A model generated the notes under the pieces. The model was not told where the DNA came from and ran no database searches. It was given only the letters and a program-made list of their open reading frames with translations. A DNA stretch of 64,000 nt from a virus, in IMG/VR virus record IMGVR_UViG_3300017971_000013, positions 39,596 through 103,595 of that record; one strand, given 5' to 3'. Shown here in pieces: positions 54,761-64,000 of this stretch (the stretch's first letter is position 1; the number at the start of each line of letters is the position of its first letter). Made by a program: the position numbers and the translations under genes.

Positions 54761-57199
54761 ATGCCTGATGCTCCTGGGGTAAGAACTTTTGAGGTTAACC
54801 GAGCAGGTTTCATTATTAATCAGAGACCTGTTGGGAGACCCTTGTTTTTTGTTAGGGCTACCTCTGGTCCTGCTGGAGTTCCAGTCTTGATTACAGGCTG
54901 GGATGACTATCGTGCAATTTTCGGTGAAAGAATTAGTGGCGATTACTCCTATGATGAGGTGTATCAATTCTTTCGCCTTGGTATCGAATGCTACATTGTT
55001 CGTGTTATCGATGGTACGGCAGCTATTGCTACTGGGACATTGAATACTCTTGGTGTTGCTACTAACGGCACTCTGACTTCTACCATCGATCCTTTATTTC
55101 CTGTTGCTTTAGCTCCAGGGGATAATATCGAGTTTGACTCTGACCTGCTTGGTGGTTCTACTGCTGTTACGGTTGCTGCTACGCAAGCCGCCGACATTAC
55201 GGTAGAAAATTCAGGCGCATTTGTTGCTCCTGCTGTTGGCGATACCATGGTGTTCGAAATGAACGGCGATGGTGTTTCTCAGCAGGTTACTTTTGCAGGT
55301 CCTCCTGTGACGATGCAGGATGTTGTCGACCAGATTAATGCGCAGATTTATGGTGCCGTTGCGACATTCGTCGATGCGGCCGTCTCTGTTTCTGGTAATG
55401 ACGAAATTCATATTGTGTCTTCTTTGTTAGGCACTGATTCCGAGGTTGACTACACAGCAGATACCTTAACTGGTTCAATGACAGCGTCGCCTTTAAATGA
55501 CGCTCCTGGCGTTGGTGATTTTGCAGACTATTCTGCCGTCACTTATGCGGAGTTTAAAGCTGTTGTTGAAGCTGCCCTGGGTGCTGTGAATGTCACTGTT
55601 AACCCGGCTGGCGCAGCTTCTTGGTCTATTCAGACCAATACAGCTGGTGCTGGGGGTTGGATTCAATGTACCGTGACTGGTGCTATGGGTCCGAAGATTG
55701 GTATGTTAGCGGGTGCCGCTGTTGCCGGTGGTACGTTGACTTTGCCGCTACCTACCATGGACGTTGAAGCCTCTTATGAAGGTGACTTCGCCAATACTTA
55801 CGATGTTATTGCAACGCGCCGTGATTTGTACTCTGGTCAGGTTTCAGCAGATCTTCCTGTTGCTGCCGCACGTCAGTTTAACATGGTGTCTACGCATAAT
55901 GTTGCTGTTGGTGATGTTCTTCGTGTGCGTGATTCAGCTGCGCCTACGAACTACTTCTATTGTACGGTTAGAAAGATCTCTGGTCCAATTGTTTATACAG
56001 AGGCATCTTTCACTCCGCCTGTGCTAATTCCAGCCGCTACTTCTGAGGTTCATAAGCTTGTCTTTGACCTTGAGGTTGATGACCAGGGCGACGTTGTTCA
56101 CAATTGGGTTGGTCTCTCAATGAGTCCTACTTCGCCATCTTATTGTGAATCCGCTGTAAATAGCACTGACCCAAATCGTAAGATTCAGATTAGTATTATT
56201 TCTCCTGCTCCTGCTATTGATAATCGCCCTGATGGAACGATTCAGCTTGCGGGCGGAGATGACGGCGGTATTCCATTAGCGGCTGATTACACTGCGTTAT
56301 GGCCGTCTCTTGAGAAGTACAAAGATTTCGACGAAGCCTATAACCCTGCTATTATGTCTTATGACAATGCATCGCAGGTGAGCTGGGCGCGTTCTCTTGA
56401 AGGTGAGGCAGCGGACCGTAAAGACTTTTTAGGTATTGTCATTCCTCATGAAGTAGGTGGTAATCCTTGGACGTCTGCACAGCTTCTTAAGGAATGGAAA
56501 GAAGGCTCTTCTGGTGGTGGACCTGCGCTGTTCTCTACTTTTGTAGCCCTTTACTATCCTTGGGTTAAGGTTGAAGATCCTATCTCTAGCGCTGCTGGTG
56601 CGTTGGTTACTGTGCCTTGTGGTGGTTCTGTTTTAGGTGCTTTTCAGTATAATGACAGAGAAGCTACTTTTGGTAAGGCTCCAGCTAATAGGACTGGTAT
56701 TCTTCCTAATGCTCTTGGCATTACGGCTGAATACTCTGACCCAGAACGTGGAGAACTGAACAACGCTGGCATTTGTATCATCAAGAAGGTTCGTAATCGC
56801 GGCATTAGAATCTTTGGTGCACGTACTGCTGGTCTTGGCGATTTTATGTATGTGAATATCCGACGTGGATTTATTCGTATGCGTAAAGACATTGATGAGG
56901 GGCTGCAGGATGCTCCTTTTGAGAACAATGACGCCAGAACTCGCGCCGAGATTACAAGGGTTATTGAGAACTACCTTTATAACCGCTGGAAAGAAGGCGT
57001 CCTTATGGGTGAAAACTCAGAGGATGCTTACTATGTAATCTGCGATGAAACTAATAATCCTCCGTCTGTCGCTGAATCTGGGAAACTGATTGTTCGTGTT
57101 GGTTTGGCTATGGCGACTCCTGGTGAGTTCATCGAGGTTTATTTTGAGAGAGACCGACGTGCTCTGAATGAAGAACTTGGTCTTCAGCAGCTTACATAA
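54761..57199 (+). CDS. Tail sheath protein
   Basis: APGVRTFEV, ALYYPWVKV, KAPAN, GIRIFGART, YVNIRR, FENND and CDETNNPP. Confidence 0.96.
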   Translation: MPDAPGVRTFEVNRAGFIINQRPVGRPLFFVRATSGPAGVPVLITGWDDYRAIFGERISGDYSYDEVYQFFRLGIECYIVRVIDGTAAIATGTLNTLGVATNGTLTSTIDPLFPVALAPGDNIEFDSDLLGGSTAVTVAATQAADITVENSGAFVAPAVGDTMVFEMNGDGVSQQVTFAGPPVTMQDVVDQINAQIYGAVATFVDAAVSVSGNDEIHIVSSLLGTDSEVDYTADTLTGSMTASPLNDAPGVGDFADYSAVTYAEFKAVVEAALGAVNVTVNPAGAASWSIQTNTAGAGGWIQCTVTGAMGPKIGMLAGAAVAGGTLTLPLPTMDVEASYEGDFANTYDVIATRRDLYSGQVSADLPVAAARQFNMVSTHNVAVGDVLRVRDSAAPTNYFYCTVRKISGPIVYTEASFTPPVLIPAATSEVHKLVFDLEVDDQGDVVHNWVGLSMSPTSPSYCESAVNSTDPNRKIQISIISPAPAIDNRPDGTIQLAGGDDGGIPLAADYTALWPSLEKYKDFDEAYNPAIMSYDNASQVSWARSLEGEAADRKDFLGIVIPHEVGGNPWTSAQLLKEWKEGSSGGGPALFSTFVALYYPWVKVEDPISSAAGALVTVPCGGSVLGAFQYNDREATFGKAPANRTGILPNALGITAEYSDPERGELNNAGICIIKKVRNRGIRIFGARTAGLGDFMYVNIRRGFIRMRKDIDEGLQDAPFENNDARTRAEITRVIENYLYNRWKEGVLMGENSEDAYYVICDETNNPPSVAESGKLIVRVGLAMATPGEFIEVYFERDRRALNEELGLQQLT

Positions 57200-57212
57200 T
57201 TAGGAGGCTAGA

Positions 57213-57683
57213 ATGGCATCTGGACGTGCGACGTTTGAAGACCCGCTTCGCGCATTTCGGTTTCTTGTTGAGATTGATGGTTTTGAGCGGGCTGGTTTCA
57301 CTGAATGTAGCGGTCTAGTATCGACTACAGAGGTGATTAAATATAGGGAAGGTTCTGATCCTACGCACCCAAAAAGCCTTCCTGGCATCACAGACTTTGA
57401 CCCAATCACTTTGAAGCGTGGGCTTATTCTGTCAGACAAGAATGATATTGAAGAATGGTATAACGAGGTTTATGCTGCTCGTCGCGATAAACGGGCCGCA
57501 AACTTTCGTCGTTCTCTAGATGTCGTTATTCAGACAGAAGATGGTTCGGGCGAGGTTCGTTACCGTGTGTTGAATGCTTGGCCTTCAAAATTCACTGCTT
57601 CTCCTACAATGGGAGGGCAGACTAATGAGGCCTATATTCAAGAGGTTGAGCTTACACACGAGGGTTTCTACAGAGTGCGGTAA
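57213..57683 (+). CDS. Tail tube protein (T4 gp19/eCIS-like)
   Basis: DPLRAFRFLVEIDG..AGFTECSGL..YREG..LPG..ITLKRG..NAWPSK..IQEVEL.HEG. Confidence 0.95.
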   Translation: MASGRATFEDPLRAFRFLVEIDGFERAGFTECSGLVSTTEVIKYREGSDPTHPKSLPGITDFDPITLKRGLILSDKNDIEEWYNEVYAARRDKRAANFRRSLDVVIQTEDGSGEVRYRVLNAWPSKFTASPTMGGQTNEAYIQEVELTHEGFYRVR

Positions 57684-57721
57684 TTTAACATTGCCACTTT
57701 GCAACTTTTGAAGGACGTATT

Positions 57722-58711
57722 ATGTCACTTACTGCAGAAGAACTTGATCCTACAACCTTCCATCTTTCTGGCACGGACAATGGTTTAGCTGAAGAAGATG
57801 TCTATGATCTTCCTGTGGGATATGTAGATAGAGAAGGTAAATTTCACAAAAGAATTATACAGAAACAAACTTTTGGCAAAGCCGAGGCTGCTTTACATAG
57901 TAAGACAGAGCACAAAAGAGGGCGGGCGTTGACCTCTTTCTTAGGGCATATAGTGTCTTCGGTCGGTACTCACATCTCTTCAGGTCCTAAATCTTTGACG
58001 GACTTGATTCATGATATGTGGATTACCGACCGGACCTATATGCTCTTTAAGGCTAGGATCTTCAATCTTGGCCCAGAATGGCGCAATGCTCCCGTGCGCT
58101 GTCCAAGTTGTAACTATGTAAATAAGAATACTGTTGACTTAAATACTTACCTTTATGGAAATATTCATGTTCCTGGTCTTGATAGACCACCGGAATCTGA
58201 AGATGAGGTTGTTGAGCTTCTAACAGAAATGAAGGAAGAGTCGGAAAGTACTGGTCTTTCTTTAGAAGCTTTAGCAGAAGAGCTTGAATACACTGGTGAT
58301 TTTGCTGAGCTACCTCATTACTTTCCAGCAGATGAAGAGGAAAGGGAACGGAATGAATGGGAGATTACTCTTCCTGTGTCTCAGGTTCCTCTGACTTATC
58401 GTTTGATTAAAGGTAGTGACGAGAAACGCGTGCAGACCATTTTAAATCGTGGCCAAGATGAACTAGACGCCATGATGAAGGTCTGTATTACTTCGATAGA
58501 TGGTAACTCAAGAATCAACTCTAAAATGTTAAAGGCACTGCCTTGGAAGGATAGGATCTATTTTAGAGAGATGATGACTAACGTTAAGCCTGGAGGTAGG
58601 TTTGATCTTAGAATCATACTTGATAAATGTGTCCGCTGTGGGATGGAAGATCAAGAGACTGTCTTGAACTTTGAACTCGATAGTTTTTTTTCTCTTTCTT
58701 TGGGCCGTTAG
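57722..58711 (+). CDS. Tail assembly chaperone (G protein) with a zinc ribbon
   Basis: LPVGYVD.EG, DRTYML, CPSC and CVRCG; ends at a slippery T8 run; between tube and tape measure. Confidence 0.75.
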   Translation: MSLTAEELDPTTFHLSGTDNGLAEEDVYDLPVGYVDREGKFHKRIIQKQTFGKAEAALHSKTEHKRGRALTSFLGHIVSSVGTHISSGPKSLTDLIHDMWITDRTYMLFKARIFNLGPEWRNAPVRCPSCNYVNKNTVDLNTYLYGNIHVPGLDRPPESEDEVVELLTEMKEESESTGLSLEALAEELEYTGDFAELPHYFPADEEERERNEWEITLPVSQVPLTYRLIKGSDEKRVQTILNRGQDELDAMMKVCITSIDGNSRINSKMLKALPWKDRIYFREMMTNVKPGGRFDLRIILDKCVRCGMEDQETVLNFELDSFFSLSLGR

Positions 58712-58884
58712 CTGGCTCTCCCCAGATCCTTCATGAAATGTACTTTGCCTTCGCAGAAGGTTGGAATTGGACCCCGGACGTTGTTGATTCTTTACCGACG
58801 AGAACCCGCATCTTCCTATTTAAGCGTCTTCACGAAGCACGTAAGAAGCTTACAGATAAAGCGGAAGGGGTTAGAAGAGGTTAA
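58684..58884 (+). CDS. -1 frameshift extension (T/GT chaperone part, DUF6760-like)
   Basis: The -1 frame is open from the T8 run: FFFSFFGPLAGSPQILHEMYFAFAEGWNWTPDVVDSLPTRTRIFLFKRLHEARKK...; stops 2 nt before the tape-measure ATG. Confidence 0.75.
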   Translation, partial: FFFSFFGPLAGSPQILHEMYFAFAEGWNWTPDVVDSLPTRTRIFLFKRLHEARKKLTDKAEGVRRG

Positions 58885-58886
58885 AA

Positions 58887-61208
58887 ATGGCTCAGACTGT
58901 TGGAACCTTCGGTATAATCTTCAATGCTCGTGGTAATGCTCTACAGTACGTACAGCGCCTTAACAGAGAGGTTGGCGCCCTCGCCAGCCAGATAAATGCC
59001 CTTCAGTCAAAGCCCTTCCTAAATGTTAGTGGTGCCGCTGTTGGCGGTCGTCGTGGGCAACAAGCCTCTGGCGGAGCCGTAGGTCAGGGCGGTGCCACTA
59101 CCAATCCTTTCCGTTCTCATGTTTTACAGTCATGGTTTGGCCAAATCGGTATGTTAATGGGTGTTGCCTACGGTTGGATTTCAGCTGGTAGGCAATTCAT
59201 TCATATGGGTGAGGCCATGATAGGAGTTACTGCCGGAATTGCCCAAGGTATGTTCGGTATCGTAGCTTCAACCATGGCAGTGCGCATGGAATTTGAGCTT
59301 CTAGAGAAGAGGTTTGAATTTGTGTTTGGAGATAAAGGTGGGAAGGTCTGGCAGCAAACACTAGATGTTGCCATGGATACACTTGCTACTACGAAAGAGA
59401 TGGCTACTCTTGTCCAATCTATGGGTCTGCAGAATGTCACAGATCCTTTTACTATGGTTCGTAGTAGAACAGGAGAGATGATAACAGCGGCTGAGGCTTT
59501 GGCTGATGTCGCGGCTGTTATTGGCCCTGGTGGTACTAGACAGATTCAAATGGCCACACGAGAATTTCTATCTGGAGGTTCTCATGGTGTACGTTCTATG
59601 ATGCAGCGTTTGAATCTTCCTGGTGTTATGAAGGGCGAGCTTCAGAAGATTCAGCGTTTGACAGAGACTGATGTCCAAGCTGCCTACCAAGAGATGGCAC
59701 AATTACTTGCTACTCAATATGGTGGTCTTGGTAGAGCAATGGAGGGTACCACTGCTTTCATTCTTGGCCAGTTTCCTGATATTTATGAGAATCTAGCTGA
59801 TATTCTCGGTAAGGCAGCAGACGAGGTTCTAAATCCATTTCTTAATGAGGTGATGATTTGGGCCAAAGAATTCGTAAGAGCTTTACGTGCAGGAGAATAC
59901 AAAGGTCTGCTTGACGGTATTCGTATGATTGCTGAGGCTTTTAAATGGCTAGGCGAGAAGATCTTTGGCGCGTTGAAATGGATTGTTGCATTCATAGATC
60001 AGAACCCACACTTTGTTAAACTTATCATTACATTGACAGCCCTTGTTGGTGTTTTGACAGCTTTAGCTGGTGTCTTGTTTATCATAGGTGGTTCTATCTT
60101 TGTTGTTGTGGCAGCGGTTGCTGCTTTGACAATGGCTGTTGGTGTGCTTGAAGCAGCTTTAATACCTATCTTGCTTACATTAGGCGGCATTATTGCCTTA
60201 ATGACTGGTGCATTTGCTGCTGGTTTAGTTCTTTTGGGCGCTTACTTTGAGAACTGGGGTGGATTCGCCGATAAGATCGAAGATGTCTTTCTTGTTCTTC
60301 AAGGCTTGTTTCAACTTATTTCTTCTGAGAAGAATACAATTGGTTTGATGGACCATAAATTAGCTTCGAAGCTGGAACAACGAGGGTTGATGGATACAAC
60401 ACTTGGTTTGTTTCATATGTATGGCCAAGGTAAAGAATTTTTAGGAGGCGTTAAAGAAGGTTTTATGGATAAGCAGACAGCAGCTGCCCGTAAAACTTTG
60501 TTTGAAGGCATCATAGACAACGTTTCTAGTACTGCCAAGAATCTAGGAAAACCAATTTCTGCTTTCTCCGCAGGTTTAGATGCTGCTACGCCAGGCTCTA
60601 TGGACGGCCCAAAGAATTTTGGTGAAATGGTCGGTTGGTTTTTAGGTCAGATCCTAAATGTACTTCTTGCGCAGTTGTTTTTCTTAACAGCAATGGCTGA
60701 TTTAGCCTCTGAAATTTTTGCTCTTATGATGCAAAGTCCTATGTTTAATGTAGGTAGAGGTTTTGGTAAGATGATGGAAGATCCCGTTGCAGGTGCTCTA
60801 GATGTCGCCAAAGGTTTAATAGGTTTTCAGCCTCTCTCTCCTCTTGGCATAACTACGGCCATATGGGAAAAACATCAGAAAAATTTAGAGGAAAACAGAG
60901 ATAAGGGCCGTAAGACTTCCGAGGAAGTTGAGATGGCCCAAGGCACCTTGCGTGAACGTGAGCCTGGAGGTGAGGTTTATAGACTTACGCAGATGCAAGC
61001 TGTGGCCGATAAACTTGATAGGATGGCTAAAGCCTTGGAAGCACAACAAGAGCGCGTTATGCAGCTTAATCTTGAGTTGGATGGTGATACTGTTTTTGAG
61101 AAAATGGTTTCTCTTCAAAGCTTAGCTAGGGAACGCGGCGCGCTTGATGCGTTTAACTCTAGAACTGGCGACGCTTTAGAAGCGTTAGATGACATAGGCG
61201 GTCTTTAA
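58887..61208 (+). CDS. Tape measure protein
   Basis: Ala/Gly-rich helical protein with a hydrophobic central segment and YFENWGGF; canonical position. Confidence 0.9.
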   Translation: MAQTVGTFGIIFNARGNALQYVQRLNREVGALASQINALQSKPFLNVSGAAVGGRRGQQASGGAVGQGGATTNPFRSHVLQSWFGQIGMLMGVAYGWISAGRQFIHMGEAMIGVTAGIAQGMFGIVASTMAVRMEFELLEKRFEFVFGDKGGKVWQQTLDVAMDTLATTKEMATLVQSMGLQNVTDPFTMVRSRTGEMITAAEALADVAAVIGPGGTRQIQMATREFLSGGSHGVRSMMQRLNLPGVMKGELQKIQRLTETDVQAAYQEMAQLLATQYGGLGRAMEGTTAFILGQFPDIYENLADILGKAADEVLNPFLNEVMIWAKEFVRALRAGEYKGLLDGIRMIAEAFKWLGEKIFGALKWIVAFIDQNPHFVKLIITLTALVGVLTALAGVLFIIGGSIFVVVAAVAALTMAVGVLEAALIPILLTLGGIIALMTGAFAAGLVLLGAYFENWGGFADKIEDVFLVLQGLFQLISSEKNTIGLMDHKLASKLEQRGLMDTTLGLFHMYGQGKEFLGGVKEGFMDKQTAAARKTLFEGIIDNVSSTAKNLGKPISAFSAGLDAATPGSMDGPKNFGEMVGWFLGQILNVLLAQLFFLTAMADLASEIFALMMQSPMFNVGRGFGKMMEDPVAGALDVAKGLIGFQPLSPLGITTAIWEKHQKNLEENRDKGRKTSEEVEMAQGTLREREPGGEVYRLTQMQAVADKLDRMAKALEAQQERVMQLNLELDGDTVFEKMVSLQSLARERGALDAFNSRTGDALEALDDIGGL

Positions 61209-61217
61209 GGAGTAAAT

Positions 61218-61877
61218 ATGGCTATAACATATCAATGGATAGCTGGGGGCAGAGATACTCCAGTTACCACTAAGGCGACAGAGGCCGCCGTAGAGCTTAG
61301 CTCTCAATATACCCGTTATAAACATATTTTCGAAAAAACTAGAAAAGGCTCCCTGTCTATAAATTCTTCTTTTGCTTTTGAAGAGGATAAGATCTTTACC
61401 GATGCGATTATTTTTCAATACAATCCAGAGACTGTGGTTGTAAACAGGAATCCTGTGTATGGCAATAATACCCCTCCTGGGTACTCACATTCTCTTCAGC
61501 AATTTGGAAATAGTGGTCCGCGCGAAATTTCTTTTTCTTTATATCTTCATTGCTTAGGAGAAGACCCAGAAGGCAATGGTGACTTGAAGCGAGACATAGA
61601 GCGGGAGCTTTTAATTCTTGAAGCTGCTTGTGTTCCTGAATCAGAGACTATAGGAGGCTCTGAGATTGTTACTTCTCCTCCTCAAGTAGTTCTTTACTTT
61701 GGGGAAAGCTCTTTTATGGGTATTCTACCAGGCATCATTACTGGTTTTAGCGCTCGTATAGAGAAGATGTGGCCCAAGACATTAAAACCTATGATTGCTA
61801 CAGCAGCAATTAAATTCAGACATCAACCTGTTTCTAACCTGACTGCCGGAAGAGTCATGGATAAAATCTGGGGATAA
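61218..61877 (+). CDS. Baseplate/tube-initiator protein (CIS tube protein-like)
   Basis: FQYNPE..., QF..SGPREISF.L and PP.V.L.FG. Confidence 0.8.
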   Translation: MAITYQWIAGGRDTPVTTKATEAAVELSSQYTRYKHIFEKTRKGSLSINSSFAFEEDKIFTDAIIFQYNPETVVVNRNPVYGNNTPPGYSHSLQQFGNSGPREISFSLYLHCLGEDPEGNGDLKRDIERELLILEAACVPESETIGGSEIVTSPPQVVLYFGESSFMGILPGIITGFSARIEKMWPKTLKPMIATAAIKFRHQPVSNLTAGRVMDKIWG

Positions 61878-61878
61878 A

Positions 61879-62160
61879 ATGTACAGAAGATCTCTGTTAG
61901 ACATCTTGGGACCAGATTTAAAGCCGCTTACTCAACAAACTATCGCTGTTAGTAAGCGGTTTTCTGTACCTACTTCTAAATGTTTGAGGTACAAGGTCAA
62001 ATTCGGCGATACTCTTCTCATGATAGCCTATAACTTCTATGGCACGTCAGATTACTGGCGCGAGATTGCCGACCAAAACAAAATCATCGATCCCTTAGAC
62101 ATTGCCGAGGGGCAACTTTTGTTTGTGCCTTTCTTGTCTGAGGTAGCTTTGGGGTTCTAG
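61879..62160 (+). CDS. LysM-domain baseplate protein
   Basis: YKVKFGDTLLMIAYNFYG...WREIADQN.I.DP..I..GQ.L.VP. Confidence 0.9.
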   Translation: MYRRSLLDILGPDLKPLTQQTIAVSKRFSVPTSKCLRYKVKFGDTLLMIAYNFYGTSDYWREIADQNKIIDPLDIAEGQLLFVPFLSEVALGF

Positions 62161-62161
62161 C

Positions 62162-63778
62162 ATGCCTGTACCATTTGTGTTCGAACTCTATAAAAAGCCT
62201 GTGTTTATCATGCGTGTTAATGACCAGCCTAATACGCTGATTCATAGGTTCATGACGAAATGGACGATTAAAAACTCCATGAGAAAAGCAGATGAGCTTA
62301 AGCTTAGCGTTAAGCTTCCTTATGGAGATCTTTTGTACTCTTGGGAATTTGAGCAAGGCAACACTTTCAAGGTGCGTTTTGGGTACCCATTCAAACTTTC
62401 GCGCCTTTATGAATTTACGGTTGTCTATCTTAAACCAAGGTTCGCAAAAGACGGAATTGTTCATGTAGAAATCACAGCATGGGATATCTCATATACGCTT
62501 TCGCGAATAATGAAAGAGCGTAACTGGTGGCAACTACATTCAAGCCAGATTGCTTCTTTGTATGCCAAACAGCATAATCTTAGATCTGTGATTGAACCTT
62601 CTAATGATCTTGATCCAGAGCATCCTTTTGTTCAGACGACGAACACAAATGCTTGGCGTTTTTTGAGAGCACGGGCGGAAGAGATTGGTTTTGAATGTTT
62701 TATAAAGAATAGGACCTTATTCTATGTAAGTGATGAGCGCATTGAAGCTCAAGCTCCCGTCAAAAGCTATACCTATAAAGAGCTTGATACTTTATTGTTA
62801 GAGTTTACACCGAGCATAAAACAGCCACAGGTACCTAACATTAGGGTGCAGGGTGTTAATTCTAAAGAGAAAGAGCAAGCAGGTGAGGATAGTAAGAAAT
62901 ACGCAATTGATGTAGGAAAAAGGGCCTTTGGTTATGCGATTAACACAGAAAAAGGGCGGAAATTCAATGAGGAAGGTCATGTTTTTAACGCTAAGTTAAG
63001 AAAAGAGAACTTCGATTTTGATTTTCCTTTACCTAGAGATACCAAAGCTGCATCTATCCGAGAAATCAATAGGCGGAGCCCGGATAGTGGTCCGATTACT
63101 GGCGCAGGTATAGTAGGTTTAGGCGGCCAGACTGTTGATAGTTCTATCCCTTTTATTTCTAGTCTTGAAAAATTTCATACTGTTTATAACATAATTAAAG
63201 GTCGTGAAGGCATAGAGCAGGAGCGAAACACCACGCAGGTTAAAAAACCTACGGCCGAGACTCAATCTGCCAGAATTCGTTTGATTGCTCGCGCTAAAAG
63301 AAAAAGCGCTTTAGAGAGAGCTAAAGAAGCTTCAGCCACTGTTGTTGGTGAACCAGACATTGAAGCAGGGACGGTCATTAGGTTTGCGAATGTAGCTATG
63401 CTCGGTGGGGACTATGTTGTTTCTGAATGCACTCATTCTGGAGGTTCAGGGGGGACATTTACCACTAAAATGAGCAAGATGCATCGTAAGTTAAAGGACG
63501 ACGGTAGGACAGGATCTGGTAAAGGTAATTCTGGTAATCTTGGTCCAAAAGAAGGTCTATCTTCTGTCAAAACTGCTTTACCAGAAATAATTAACGCAGC
63601 ATCATATCATTATGATGATAAAATAGTTATTGTTCCTGGTAAATATGTTGAAGACTTCAGGGCTTGGGGTCCTCAGGCCATGGTTGCTCCTAAAGAGACG
63701 TTAGAGGCTATCAAGATTGAACGTCAGACTTACCAGGCCGTTAGAGAAGCACCCCAGGCCGTTGAGAGGTTATTCTAA
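62162..63778 (+). CDS. Baseplate hub (late control D / gp27-like)
   Basis: VRFGY, Q....AWRFLRARAEEIGFE and VVGEPDIEAG...GGDYVV..CTH. Confidence 0.85.
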   Translation: MPVPFVFELYKKPVFIMRVNDQPNTLIHRFMTKWTIKNSMRKADELKLSVKLPYGDLLYSWEFEQGNTFKVRFGYPFKLSRLYEFTVVYLKPRFAKDGIVHVEITAWDISYTLSRIMKERNWWQLHSSQIASLYAKQHNLRSVIEPSNDLDPEHPFVQTTNTNAWRFLRARAEEIGFECFIKNRTLFYVSDERIEAQAPVKSYTYKELDTLLLEFTPSIKQPQVPNIRVQGVNSKEKEQAGEDSKKYAIDVGKRAFGYAINTEKGRKFNEEGHVFNAKLRKENFDFDFPLPRDTKAASIREINRRSPDSGPITGAGIVGLGGQTVDSSIPFISSLEKFHTVYNIIKGREGIEQERNTTQVKKPTAETQSARIRLIARAKRKSALERAKEASATVVGEPDIEAGTVIRFANVAMLGGDYVVSECTHSGGSGGTFTTKMSKMHRKLKDDGRTGSGKGNSGNLGPKEGLSSVKTALPEIINAASYHYDDKIVIVPGKYVEDFRAWGPQAMVAPKETLEAIKIERQTYQAVREAPQAVERLF

Positions 63779-64000
63779 TGGACTCTAATTTTCCGGGTAT
63801 TTACAAAGGTTTTGTTGTAGATAATCAAGATCCTCAAAAACGCGGCCGCTTGCGTTTTATTATTCCTCAGGTGTTTGGAGAAGGGGAGAATGATGCCCAA
63901 TGGTCGAATTGGGCCGAGCCTTGTTTTGGCACCTACGTCGATTTCAAAATACCAACTATCGGCGCGATGGTCTGGGTTATGTTTGAAATGGGTAACCCCC
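63778..64000 (+). CDS. Baseplate spike gpV/gp5 N-terminal OB domain (partial)
   Basis: MDSNFPGIYKGFVVDNQDPQKRGRLRFIIPQVFG...WAEPC...IPTIGAMVWVMFEMGNP. Confidence 0.9.
   Translation, partial: MDSNFPGIYKGFVVDNQDPQKRGRLRFIIPQVFGEGENDAQWSNWAEPCFGTYVDFKIPTIGAMVWVMFEMGNP

Larger units (their letters stand above)
970..62115. promoter_or_regulatory. Dispersed 14-bp palindromic operator-like motif TTGCCANNTGGCAA (about 19 copies)
   Basis: Copies start at 970, 2676, 5026, 6083, 6760, 8270, 8706, 11731, 17974, 20253, 23431, 26756, 33228, 40946, 42150, 47791, 51101, 57691 and 62102. Confidence 0.8.

Noticed and set aside
970-62115. TTGCCANNTGGCAA as a sigma54 promoter
   Set aside because: The TGGCA half is not followed by TTGC at the -12 spacing, and the motif is a symmetric palindrome.
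278-62980. Minus-strand ORFs throughout the window
   Set aside because: Nearly all are antisense shadows of well-supported + strand genes, with no motifs or RBS.
1-64000. Alternative genetic code (stop-codon reassignment)
   Set aside because: Conserved genes are full-length under code 11, and all three stops terminate genes normally.

Overview
This window is a 64-kb segment of a large, apparently lytic myovirus (contractile-tailed dsDNA phage). Almost all credible genes are on the + strand. In order: (i) 1-5.5 kb, small genes, a PC4-like ssDNA-binding protein, two candidate sRNA transcription units and a TGT/DpdA-like protein with a long C-terminal extension; (ii) 5.5-8.4 kb, a largely non-coding, repeat-rich control region (22-bp-phased TAAAGTG boxes, CCATATATGG palindromes) enclosing a 3-gene early-type cassette, probably the origin and/or genome terminus; (iii) 8.4-21 kb, many small hypothetical genes plus an orphan Phd/YefM antitoxin, GH25 endolysin, ThyX, DUF3310, dUTPase and QueD; (iv) 21-39.5 kb, an ~18-kb cluster of tail-fibre/adhesin-like genes; (v) 39.5-44 kb, patatin, SleB-like hydrolase, metalloprotease and QueC; (vi) 44-64 kb, terminase, portal, scaffold, major capsid, neck, sheath, tube, frameshifting chaperone, tape measure and eCIS-like baseplate genes. 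The most striking unexplained structure is in the fibre cluster. Two paralogous genes of unknown function (25495-26745 and 27275-28987) are each immediately followed by three tandem hairpins with an exact 30-nt period. The stems covary, the loops are conserved within each array but differ between arrays, and the arrays are closed by an anticodon-less tRNA-like element or a long terminator-like hairpin. This suggests a cognate protein + 3x30-nt RNA system. A 14-bp palindrome (TTGCCANNTGGCAA) recurs about 19 times across the window. All family assignments come from motif recognition by eye; no database searches were run.
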